45,347 bases of DNA from Candidatus Firestoneibacteriota bacterium (GTDB lineage Bacteria; Oederibacteriota; D2-FULL-39-29; JBBTED01): assembly GCA_038042445.1 (NCBI GenBank), contig JBBTED010000033.1:1-45347 (forward strand), read 5' to 3'. How positions within the stretch are numbered: the first letter of the stretch is position 1; every line of letters starts with the position of its first letter. Below, piece after piece: positions 1 through 8,813 of the stretch. A model generated the notes under the pieces. The model saw only the letters and a list, made by a program, of their open reading frames with translations. It ran no database searches and was not told the origin of the DNA. The position numbers were made by a program, and so were the translations under genes.

Positions 1-1047
1 TTTATACATAGACTCACCTATGACTATGTCTTTAATACTATCATCTGCTGAAGTTAGTGGCTTTTTGTTCTCCTGTATGCAATCTATGAAATGATTCACT
101 TCTTCCTGAAAACCCCAACTCCACTTTATGTCAAATTCTTTAACACCTTCATTGTTTTTATGCAACTTAACTTTAGCTGGAACATTTTTAAAAAGTGGAA
201 AAGGTAGTTTTATATGCATATCTCCTTCCTCAAAATATATATGGACACCTTCATTCCAATAATAGGACTTTTCCAAACCTGTTTCCAAAGTAACATCGAA
301 ATCTTTATAGTCAAAAATTGTAACTGTCCTCGCACAACTGGTATGACTTCCTTTTCGCATATTCGTAGCAATTATTCTTGTTGGATCACCAAGTAAAAAT
401 CTCATCAGATTTATATCATGACTATAATTTGTAAATGAACCAAAATAGTCTTTTTTGTGTTTTAGCTTAACAAACTTGGGTATATCCAAGTTTTCTAAAT
501 CCACATGTTCTTTAACCTTTGAAGCAATTCTAATAACTTCAGAAGAACATCCACTTTCCCAATTAGCACCATTAAAATTATAAACTCTTGCATAAGTAAT
601 TGGACCAATTTCATTTGTTTGTTTGAGTTCTTTAATGATTTTATATGCAGCTTGGCAACCTGGGTCAAATCTCTTCATATAACCAACCATTAATTTAACT
701 TTATTTTTTTGGGCTATCTTTAATAATTCACATCCTGTTTTTGAATTTAAAGCTAATGGTTTTTCTATCAAGGTGTGTTTGTGTAATTCTATTGCTTCCA
801 TCGCTAAATATGGATGCAATTGAGGTGGAACAAATATTGCAACAGCATCTATAGATTTTTCCTTAAATATTTCCTTGTATGATTTGTAAAAATTTATATT
901 AAATTTTTTAGCGACTAACCTTGATAGTTCTTCATTTATATCAGATACACCTACTATTTCACATTTTTTATTTGCAATAAAATTAGGAATGTGAATTGCC
1001 TGACTCATAAATCCACAACCTATAATGCCTATTTTTATTTTACTCAT
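1..1047 (-). CDS. Gfo/Idh/MocA family oxidoreductase (3' end runs off window)
   Basis: Not in the ORF track. Manual translation from ATG at 1047 gives MSKIKIGIIGCGFMS... (Rossmann GxGxxS) and the EKP motif (LIEKPLA). The start overlaps the upstream gene's stop. Confidence 0.88.
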   Translation of the reverse strand, partial: MSKIKIGIIGCGFMSQAIHIPNFIANKKCEIVGVSDINEELSRLVAKKFNINFYKSYKEIFKEKSIDAVAIFVPPQLHPYLAMEAIELHKHTLIEKPLALNSKTGCELLKIAQKNKVKLMVGYMKRFDPGCQAAYKIIKELKQTNEIGPITYARVYNFNGANWESGCSSEVIRIASKVKEHVDLENLDIPKFVKLKHKKDYFGSFTNYSHDINLMRFLLGDPTRIIATNMRKGSHTSCARTVTIFDYKDFDVTLETGLEKSYYWNEGVHIYFEEGDMHIKLPFPLFKNVPAKVKLHKNNEGVKEFDIKWSWGFQEEVNHFIDCIQENKKPLTSADDSIKDIVIGESMYK

Positions 1048-3043
1048 TTTTACCACCATCCTTTTTACTGTCAATTGTCCACGGTAAAACACTGGATATA
1101 TCAATCATCCATTGTTCACTATGCCAGTATCCTTTTTTGCATTCTCTTATTCCAAACTGAAAGTCAAAATTTGCACCACAACGACCAACTTTTATCACTA
1201 TTTTATTTACTCCTTTTTTTAGGTCAACTTCTACGCCTTCATTAAATGGCATTGCAAAATTATGGGAATGCCTTGAAATAACTTCTTTTTCATTCAACCA
1301 TATTTTTACCATATCATTACTTCCTACCATAAACCATGCTTTCCTATTCTCAGGAGATTGGACATATTGGACTAAATAAAGTACTGCAGGGCCTTGCATA
1401 GTAAATATATTATCTAAATCTATTTTATCTTCTGGACAAGACATTATTTTTTTCTCAAATACTAATCCTGAATTTAAATCAATTTCTGTTTTCCAGCTGA
1501 TTTCAGGCTCAGGTAAGTATTTTATGTCCATACCAGGATCATTGGAAAACATACTATTAAGAGTAGGCAAGCCAGCAAAATTAGGATTATCAGCTTGACC
1601 ATGTTGAAGTTTGGCTAACTCGGGATCTGACTTTACTAATGTCCAAAATGGACCAAATACAAGCCAAATATTTTCACCTGCTAATCCAAAAATCTCTGAA
1701 GCAAGAATCTGATTATTTTTACCTGAAAGAATAGCCTCTATTTTATTGTCTGAAGATATTTCTTTAATTGACTTTGAGAAGGAAATAGAAAATTTATATT
1801 CTTTGTTTTTATTAGCAGGAATTTCAACTGTATATTTATTTGGACTTATTTCCCAATTTTTTGGAATTTTTAAAGTCAAAGCACCTTTTAATGTACTTTT
1901 ACTATTATTTTTAATCTTTATTCCTATTTCTTTTGGCTTATTGTAACTAATACTCGGCAATCCTTTGTAATCTATTTCTAACTCAATAATTTTTGGAAAT
2001 ATTTTTTTAGTGTCGTGCTTTATTTCAAGCAAAGGAACATCAGTTATCTTTACATTTTTGTTTAGTTCTTTGGCAACAGATAATCCAATCTGACATATTT
2101 CTTTAGCTATACTTGATATTCGGTCATCGCGTTTTAAACCAGTTATTCCAGAACCACATTTGAATCTATCCTGCATTGGATCTTTCCATTTACTCGGAAT
2201 TCCTTTATTGCCTAATATTATTCCAATAATTGCTCCTGCAGTTGCACAAGTGCAGTCACTGTCATATCCACAATTAGCAGCAATTAACATAGTTTTTTCA
2301 AAATCACCTTTGCCATATAATAATGCAAGGACAGTAATTCCAAAATTTTGTAATGCTGATGTCATATCTGGACTACCGTATTTGTTTAAGACTAACCGTC
2401 TAACATAAAACCAACTTTCATTTTCTTTATGCCATTTTATTACATCATTAACACATTCTGCTAATCTGTAATTTTTAGGTATATAATTCAATCCTATATC
2501 AAGTAATTTACGAATATCTTTCTCAAAAAATGCCATTGATTGTAGTGCTGACAAAAACATTTCTATCCACACAGAATTTTCTGCGTGGTCAAGAACTCCA
2601 TCTTTTTGTGCATATTCTGCTGCTAATTTAGGATTGCCAAGAGCAATAAATGCCCAGATTTCTGAACGCACAGGACATCCCATACATTCTTTAAAGTAAT
2701 CATTATTAAACCAACCTGAAACAGGTGGCTTTATATCTCTGCGAAAGTTTTTTACTGCATACCCATATTCGCACATTGGATATGTTATATGTGCAAGCCA
2801 TTCTTCCATTAAATCTTCACTGGTAATATAAATCCCTCGTTCCTGCAAAGTATGAAGCCATACTAATTGAAAATCATTATCATCATTTTCTATTGCCGCA
2901 GTAGGAACTTCACTATAATATGTAAATTTGTGCACACTCTTTTGTCCTTCTACTGGGCCACCAATAGTTCCACCTATAAATTTACCTATCCAACCTCCAA
3001 ATACTTTATCGTAATATTCTTCATAACTAATTTTCTTTATCAT
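1040..3043 (-). CDS. ADP-ribosylglycohydrolase family protein with C-terminal beta-rich (Ig/NEW3-like and putative carbohydrate-binding) extension
   Basis: N-terminal GGWIGKFIGGTIGGPVEG, ENDDND and GYDSDCTCATAGAI motifs typical of the ARH fold. The C-terminal half has a LKIPKNWEI-type Ig segment and a GSNDMVKIWLN...LKKGVNKIVIKV module. Confidence 0.85.
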   Translation of the reverse strand: MIKKISYEEYYDKVFGGWIGKFIGGTIGGPVEGQKSVHKFTYYSEVPTAAIENDDNDFQLVWLHTLQERGIYITSEDLMEEWLAHITYPMCEYGYAVKNFRRDIKPPVSGWFNNDYFKECMGCPVRSEIWAFIALGNPKLAAEYAQKDGVLDHAENSVWIEMFLSALQSMAFFEKDIRKLLDIGLNYIPKNYRLAECVNDVIKWHKENESWFYVRRLVLNKYGSPDMTSALQNFGITVLALLYGKGDFEKTMLIAANCGYDSDCTCATAGAIIGIILGNKGIPSKWKDPMQDRFKCGSGITGLKRDDRISSIAKEICQIGLSVAKELNKNVKITDVPLLEIKHDTKKIFPKIIELEIDYKGLPSISYNKPKEIGIKIKNNSKSTLKGALTLKIPKNWEISPNKYTVEIPANKNKEYKFSISFSKSIKEISSDNKIEAILSGKNNQILASEIFGLAGENIWLVFGPFWTLVKSDPELAKLQHGQADNPNFAGLPTLNSMFSNDPGMDIKYLPEPEISWKTEIDLNSGLVFEKKIMSCPEDKIDLDNIFTMQGPAVLYLVQYVQSPENRKAWFMVGSNDMVKIWLNEKEVISRHSHNFAMPFNEGVEVDLKKGVNKIVIKVGRCGANFDFQFGIRECKKGYWHSEQWMIDISSVLPWTIDSKKDGGKNE

Positions 3044-3058
3044 TTTTTTATCCTCATT

Positions 3059-4012
3059 TTAAATCATAACTACCATTTTTATAAAATCCTTGCCTGTTTT
3101 CAACATTTCATAAACTTTATTTAGTTCTTCTAATTTAAATTTATGAGTTATTAATTTATTTAAATCAAATTTTCCATCTTGTAAAAGTTTAACAGATCTT
3201 GCCATCAGACTTTTACATTTCTCTTCTGATGAAGGATGCGAATTAATTATAGTTAGTTCATTGCAATGCCAGGGAACCATATCAATAGATACTGGTTTTG
3301 GATGAAATCCATGTAATATTATTTTCCCTTCTTTACCCACTATTAAACCTGCCTGATTTAAAGTTACTGATGAACCAGCTGCTTCTATCACTATATTTAT
3401 CTCCTTGCCATTAGTAATTTCTTTAATTTTCTCTACAACATCTGTTTCTTTTGCATTTATAACGTGAGTTGCACCAAGTTTTTTTGCAATTTCTAATTTT
3501 GCACCATCAATATCCGTAACTATTATTTTTCCTGCTCCTGAATTTGCCAATCCTTGAGTAATTAACAACCCCATAAATCCTGCTCCTAAAATAACTACAT
3601 CGTCTCCAAATTGGACATCACTATGGTCAATAGTATTAAGAACTACTGCCAATGGCTCAGCTAAAGCTTCACTAAAATCAATTTCATCTGGCAATTTCAC
3701 TGACAAGGATTCTTTAACTATTGCATATTCCTGATATCCTGCACCTAAATATGCAATTCTATCTCCAATTTTGAATTCTGTAATTTTACTTCCAATTTTT
3801 TCAACAATTCCTGTTCCCTCATGTCCAAAATAAGAATTAAAACCTGTTATTGGAAATGTATTTTCATCTTCTCCATTCATATAATGCAAATCTGTAGGAG
3901 CATCCACTCCACAAACTTTCACTTTAACTAAAATTTCATCATCTTTTATCTCAGGAATATCCCTATCTTCTATTACTATTAATCCTGGTTTTTGAATAAC
4001 AGCACATTTCAT
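3059..4012 (-). CDS. Zn-binding medium-chain dehydrogenase/reductase (sorbitol/threonine dehydrogenase-like)
   Basis: GHEGTG, GDRI, AEPLA and GAGFMG motifs. Lacks the four-Cys structural Zn loop. Confidence 0.88.
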   Translation of the reverse strand: MKCAVIQKPGLIVIEDRDIPEIKDDEILVKVKVCGVDAPTDLHYMNGEDENTFPITGFNSYFGHEGTGIVEKIGSKITEFKIGDRIAYLGAGYQEYAIVKESLSVKLPDEIDFSEALAEPLAVVLNTIDHSDVQFGDDVVILGAGFMGLLITQGLANSGAGKIIVTDIDGAKLEIAKKLGATHVINAKETDVVEKIKEITNGKEINIVIEAAGSSVTLNQAGLIVGKEGKIILHGFHPKPVSIDMVPWHCNELTIINSHPSSEEKCKSLMARSVKLLQDGKFDLNKLITHKFKLEELNKVYEMLKTGKDFIKMVVMI

Positions 4013-4017
4013 CTAAA

Positions 4018-4962
4018 TCACCCCTTTTTCCTTGCAATTGCTTTTTTGGCTGCATTGATAATGTCTTTTGTATCCAAACCATAATGCTTAAATAATTCTG
4101 TTTCGTCTCCTGATTCTGCAAAAGTATCTTGTAGACCTACTTTTTCCAAAGGAACAGGTTTTAGCTCACACAAAACTTCGCAAACAGCTCCTGCTAATCC
4201 ACCTACAACATTGTGGTCTTCAACAGTAACAATAGCTCCAGTTTTTTTAGCAGACTCAAAAATTAATTCCTTATCAATGGGTTTTACAGAAGCCATATTT
4301 ACTACTCTGACTGAAATACCTTGTTTTTCTAATTGGGCTGCAGCATCTAAAGCAACTTTTACCATTATTCCTATTGCCATAATTGTAACATCTTTTCCTT
4401 CTTTTATAATATTTCCTTTTCCGATTTTAAATTGATATCCTTCTTGAAAAAGATTAGGCACAGAAATTCTGGCTAACCGAATATAAACAGGTCCAACATA
4501 ATTTAAAGCAGCTTCTACTACTTGACCAACTTCTATAGGATCTCCAGGCACTAACACTGTCATATTAGACATAGAACGTACAATAGCAATGTCTTCTATT
4601 GCCTGGTGGCTTACTCCATCTTGTCCAACACTTATTCCACCATGTCCACCCATAACTTTGACATTGGCTCTTGGATACGCAATCATATTTCTCAATTGTT
4701 CACATGCCCGCATAGTAACAAAAACAGCATAAGAATTTGCAAATGGGATAAAACCCATACTTGCCAAACCTGCTGCTGCTGCAAGCATATTTTGTTCTGC
4801 AATTCCAAAATTAAAAAATCTCTCTGGAAATTCTGTGCCAAAAAATTTACTAAATGTGCCTTTAGATACATCTGCATCTAAAGCAACGATTTTTTTGTTT
4901 TCCCTGCCTGCTTTTAAAAGTGCATCTCCATAATATTGTCTAAGTGGTAATACATTAGCCAT
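4018..4962 (-). CDS. Transketolase C-terminal subunit (pair 2)
   Basis: FPERFFNFGIAEQN, GQDGVSHQAIED, GPVYIRL and TVEDHNVVGGL motifs. Confidence 0.92.
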   Translation of the reverse strand: MANVLPLRQYYGDALLKAGRENKKIVALDADVSKGTFSKFFGTEFPERFFNFGIAEQNMLAAAAGLASMGFIPFANSYAVFVTMRACEQLRNMIAYPRANVKVMGGHGGISVGQDGVSHQAIEDIAIVRSMSNMTVLVPGDPIEVGQVVEAALNYVGPVYIRLARISVPNLFQEGYQFKIGKGNIIKEGKDVTIMAIGIMVKVALDAAAQLEKQGISVRVVNMASVKPIDKELIFESAKKTGAIVTVEDHNVVGGLAGAVCEVLCELKPVPLEKVGLQDTFAESGDETELFKHYGLDTKDIINAAKKAIARKKG

Positions 4963-4963
4963 T

Positions 4964-5806
4964 TTATATCACCGTCCTTTCTTTGGTTAAATCTTCTAAA
5001 GCAATTCTTGTTTCTTCAGATGACATTTTATAAGTTCCGTGATATTGCGGTTTATTCTCCATATAGGAAACTCCTTTGCCTTTAATAGTATGTGCAATAA
5101 TAGCAGTAGGTTTTCCTTTTATTTTTTTTGCTTCTTCAAAAGCCAAAATAAGTTCTTCAAAATTATGCCCATTAACTTCTATAGTATGCCATCCAAAAGC
5201 CTGCCATTTTGCACTTAATGGATTCATATTCATAATTTTTTCCATTTCACCGTCAGATTGTAATTTATTAAAATCTACAATAGCAGTCATATTATCCAAC
5301 TTAAAATGAGAAGCAGCCATAGCAGATTCCCAAACTACGCCTTCATTCAATTCTCCACATCCAAGCAAAACATATACCCGCAAATTTTTGTTGGATAACT
5401 TGGCACCTAAACTCATACCAACACCAGCAGATATGCCATTACCTAAAGTTCCAGAATTCATTTCAACTCCCGGAGTTTTTCTCATATCCGGATGTCCCTG
5501 CAAAATACTTTGAAATTTTCTAAATGTTTTTAATGTTTCTTTAGGAAAATATCCTTTTTCTGCCAAAGATGCATAAAGCACAGCACAAGCATGGCCTTTA
5601 GAAAGAATAAATCTGTCCCTGTCTTCCCATTTAGGATCTGAAGGCTTAATGTTCATTACACGAAAATATAGACTTGTTACAATTTCTACTGCAGAAAGCG
5701 CTCCTCCAGGATGCCCTGATTGTGCATAACTTATCATATCAATTAAATCAATTCGTATCTGGTTTGCAACTTTTTTAAGATGCTGTATTTCTTCATTTTT
5801 TAGCAT
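4964..5806 (-). CDS. Transketolase N-terminal (ThDP-binding) subunit (pair 2), atypical GCG motif
   Basis: SGHPGG, DRFILSKGH, LQGHP and TIKGKG motifs. The ThDP motif reads LGCGELNEG. Confidence 0.92.
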   Translation of the reverse strand: MLKNEEIQHLKKVANQIRIDLIDMISYAQSGHPGGALSAVEIVTSLYFRVMNIKPSDPKWEDRDRFILSKGHACAVLYASLAEKGYFPKETLKTFRKFQSILQGHPDMRKTPGVEMNSGTLGNGISAGVGMSLGAKLSNKNLRVYVLLGCGELNEGVVWESAMAASHFKLDNMTAIVDFNKLQSDGEMEKIMNMNPLSAKWQAFGWHTIEVNGHNFEELILAFEEAKKIKGKPTAIIAHTIKGKGVSYMENKPQYHGTYKMSSEETRIALEDLTKERTVI

Positions 5807-6743
5807 ATTTTTTCCTCCCTATTACCAATTTAACAGCGTTAATTATATCCACAACATTCATTTTATATTTAGTAAGTAACTTTTCATATTCACCTGATTC
5901 TGCAAAAGTATCTTGTAAACCAATTCGTTTCACAGGCACAAGTTCATTCTCAACTATCACTTCTGCTACTGCACCACCAAGCCCATTTATTATATTGTGG
6001 TCTTCTACTGTAACTATAGCACCTGTTTCTACTGCTGCCTTTATTACAGCTTCTTTATCAATCGGCTTTACTGTATGCATATCAAGAACTCTAACTCCTA
6101 TTCCTTCTTCTTTTAATATATTATGCGCTTCCAATGCTTTTGAAACCATATCACCAAGCGCAATCAAAGTTGCATCAAAACCCTGTCTCAGCATTATGGA
6201 TTTCCCTATTTCAAATTTTAAATCTTCATCATATAGAACAGGAACTGAATCCCGCGTAAACCTAAGATATACAGGTCCTTCATATTCTACAGATGCTATA
6301 ACTGCTTTTTTTGTAGATACTGCATCAGCTGGCATTATAATTGTCATATTTGGTATTGTTCGCATTATACCTATATCTTCTGTAGCCTGATGTGTTACTC
6401 CATCATTTGCTGCTGTTAGTCCTCCATGACTTACAGCTATTTTCACATTCAATCTTGGATATGCTATAAATGTCCGCACTTGTTCACAAGCTCTCATACT
6501 TGCAAAAACAGCATAAGTGCTTACAAACGGTATTTTGCCTGTTGCTGCTATTCCTGCTGCTACTGCCATTTCATTTTGTTCTGCTACTCCTACATTGAAA
6601 AATCTTTCCGGAAATTTCTTCGCAAAATATATAGTTCGTGTAGACTTTGATATATCTGCTTCTAACACTATAATTTTCTTATTCTTTTCACCTATTTCTA
6701 CTAATGCTTCTCCATACGCTTCTCTTGTTGGAATCATTTGCAT
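5793..6743 (-). CDS. Transketolase C-terminal subunit (pair 1)
   Basis: FPERFFNVGVAEQN, NDGVTHQATED and TVEDHNIINGLG motifs. Confidence 0.92.
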   Translation of the reverse strand: MQMIPTREAYGEALVEIGEKNKKIIVLEADISKSTRTIYFAKKFPERFFNVGVAEQNEMAVAAGIAATGKIPFVSTYAVFASMRACEQVRTFIAYPRLNVKIAVSHGGLTAANDGVTHQATEDIGIMRTIPNMTIIMPADAVSTKKAVIASVEYEGPVYLRFTRDSVPVLYDEDLKFEIGKSIMLRQGFDATLIALGDMVSKALEAHNILKEEGIGVRVLDMHTVKPIDKEAVIKAAVETGAIVTVEDHNIINGLGGAVAEVIVENELVPVKRIGLQDTFAESGEYEKLLTKYKMNVVDIINAVKLVIGRKKYAKK

Positions 6744-7582
6744 AGTTTAATACCTCCAAGTTCTTTTATTGCTATTTCAAATTGCTCTTTATTTGGTGCT
6801 TTTCCATGCCAATCACATTCATTTTCCATATACGATACACATTTGCCTTTTATTGTATGTGCTATAATTACTATAGGCTTGTTTTTTACTCTATGTGCTT
6901 CTTCTATACCTTCAATTATCTCCAAAATGTTATGCCCATCTATTTCTATTACATACCAGCCAAATGCTCGCCATTTATCAGCTAATGGCTCTAATGGCAT
7001 AACAACTTCTGTAGGTCCATCTAACTGAAGTTTATTATAATCTACTATTGCTATTAGATTATCTAACTTGTATTTATTGGCAAGCATTGCTGCTTCCCAT
7101 ATCTGCCCTTCATTTAATTCTCCATCTCCTAATACTACATAGACTTTATAATTCTTCTTATCTAATTTTCCCATTAGTGCCATACCATCTCCAATAGAAA
7201 GTCCTTGGCCAAGAGAACCTGTTGTCATATCTATTCCCGGAACTTTTCTCATATCAGGATGCCCCTGCAATATCCCATTTATTTGCCTTAAAGTAGACAG
7301 TTTTTCTAATGGAAAAAATCCTCTCATAGCTAATGCTACATACCACACAGGACAAGTATGACCTTTAGAAAGTATAAATCTATCTCTATCTTCCCAAGAT
7401 GGATTTTTTGGGTCAATTCTCATAAAATGAAAATACAGCACAGCAATAATATCAGCTATAGATAATGACCCACCAGGATGACCTGATTTTGCCTCATAAA
7501 TCATTTGAATTATTCTTATGCGTAATTCATTTGCTTTTTTCTCAAGTTCTTTTGCTAGTTTTTCTCGATTTTCTATATTCAT
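6734..7582 (-). CDS. Transketolase N-terminal subunit (pair 1)
   Basis: SGHPGGSLS, SKGH, TGSLGQG, canonical GDGELNEG...N and WHGKAP motifs. Confidence 0.93.
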   Translation of the reverse strand: MNIENREKLAKELEKKANELRIRIIQMIYEAKSGHPGGSLSIADIIAVLYFHFMRIDPKNPSWEDRDRFILSKGHTCPVWYVALAMRGFFPLEKLSTLRQINGILQGHPDMRKVPGIDMTTGSLGQGLSIGDGMALMGKLDKKNYKVYVVLGDGELNEGQIWEAAMLANKYKLDNLIAIVDYNKLQLDGPTEVVMPLEPLADKWRAFGWYVIEIDGHNILEIIEGIEEAHRVKNKPIVIIAHTIKGKCVSYMENECDWHGKAPNKEQFEIAIKELGGIKLCK

Positions 7583-7594
7583 ATTATTCCCTCA

Positions 7595-8641
7595 TTAACT
7601 AATGCTTTTTTTTGTTGATTCCCTTATTAAAAGTTCCACTGGAAGAATTTCTTGAACTAATTTATTTTGATTAGTTTGCATAATATCAAAAAGCATATGG
7701 ACACTTTTTACACCTAATTCATACGTAGGCAATTTAAAAGTTGTTAATGCAGGTTCTACATACGAAGCAAGTTCAATTCCATCACCTCCTGCTACTGCAA
7801 TGTCATCTGGAATTTTTAATTTTTTTGTTTTGATTGCTTTCATTGCACCAATAGCCATCATATCATTCCCTGCAATAACCGCTTCTGGATATTCTTTATA
7901 ATTTAACAATTCAATCATAGCTACATAACCACTTTGTTCTGAAAAATCTCCCTCCTTTATAAAATCATTATTAATTGTAATTTTGTATTTTTTAATTGTT
8001 TCAATATAACCATTGTACCTATCTATAGTTATACAAGATTTTTTCGATCCTTTGATATATGCTATTTTTCTATATCCAGTTTTTATTAAGTATTCAGTCA
8101 GCATAGCACTACCGTTTAGATTATCAGTTATTACATAATTTACAGGATATTTAGTAATATAAGAATTCAACAAAATATACGGAAAATCCTCTTGCTTTAT
8201 ATCAAGAACATATTTATCATCTATATCTACTCCCCATAAAAGAACTCCATCAAGACTTTTATCTCTTATTAATTTAAGATATTTTTTATTGTTAATAAAA
8301 TCTTCATCAGCTACCATTATTGTTAATCTATATCCTTTTTGTGTAACAGTTTCTTCTATTCCACTAAGCATTGCTGCAATATTATAATCAGTAAATGTAT
8401 GTGCAACAGCTATAATTTTTGCCTGAGGTGGAATTATTAGTCCAATGGTTTCGCTCTTTTTTTTGAAAAATCGTCTGGCGTGAATATTAGGATAAAATTT
8501 TAATTCTTCACATGTAGCTAATATTTTTTCCCTCGTATCCTTACTAATTGATATATTAGTAGCTGTACCCGAAAGAACTCTTGATACAGTAGAAGGAGAT
8601 ACTCCGACTTTTTTTGCCACATTTCTTATTGTAACATTCAT
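7595..8641 (-). CDS. LacI family transcriptional regulator
   Basis: TIRNVAKKVGVSPSTVSRVL HTH plus a sugar-binding domain (PALTT, LLIRES). Start moved to ATG 8641 because GAGGAGG precedes it. Confidence 0.93.
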   Translation of the reverse strand: MNVTIRNVAKKVGVSPSTVSRVLSGTATNISISKDTREKILATCEELKFYPNIHARRFFKKKSETIGLIIPPQAKIIAVAHTFTDYNIAAMLSGIEETVTQKGYRLTIMVADEDFINNKKYLKLIRDKSLDGVLLWGVDIDDKYVLDIKQEDFPYILLNSYITKYPVNYVITDNLNGSAMLTEYLIKTGYRKIAYIKGSKKSCITIDRYNGYIETIKKYKITINNDFIKEGDFSEQSGYVAMIELLNYKEYPEAVIAGNDMMAIGAMKAIKTKKLKIPDDIAVAGGDGIELASYVEPALTTFKLPTYELGVKSVHMLFDIMQTNQNKLVQEILPVELLIRESTKKSIS

Positions 8642-8666
8642 TAGACAACCTCCTCTTTTGCATGCA

Positions 8667-8692
8667 CAACGTGTTGACTGCAACACGTTGCA
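8667..8692. promoter_or_regulatory. Putative LacI operator(s)
   Basis: Perfect inverted repeat CAACGTGTTG-actg-CAACACGTTG (8667-8690), overlapping the LacI-like palindrome TGCAACACGTTGCA (8679-8692), between the promoter and RBS of the regulator. Confidence 0.7.
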
Positions 8693-8697
8693 TAGTT

Positions 8698-8727
8698 ATA
8701 ATATAACACAATTTTGTAATTTGTCAA
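8698..8727 (-). promoter_or_regulatory. Sigma70-type promoter of the catabolic operon
   Basis: On the minus strand, TTGACA (8727-8722) is followed after 16 nt by TATATT (preceded by TGn) or after 18 nt by TATTAT. Confidence 0.65.
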
Positions 8728-8754
8728 GTAAAATCGTAAAAAATATTGGGATGC

Positions 8755-8783
8755 TAAAAACCCTTATATTATATGGGTTTTTA
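8755..8783 (-). terminator. Putative intrinsic terminator after the M23 gene
   Basis: Hairpin TAAAAACCC...GGGTTTTTA about 30 nt downstream of the stop at 8814. Confidence 0.45.
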
Positions 8784-8813
8784 AAGAGATTTTTTAAATT
8801 GCATTAGACTTGT

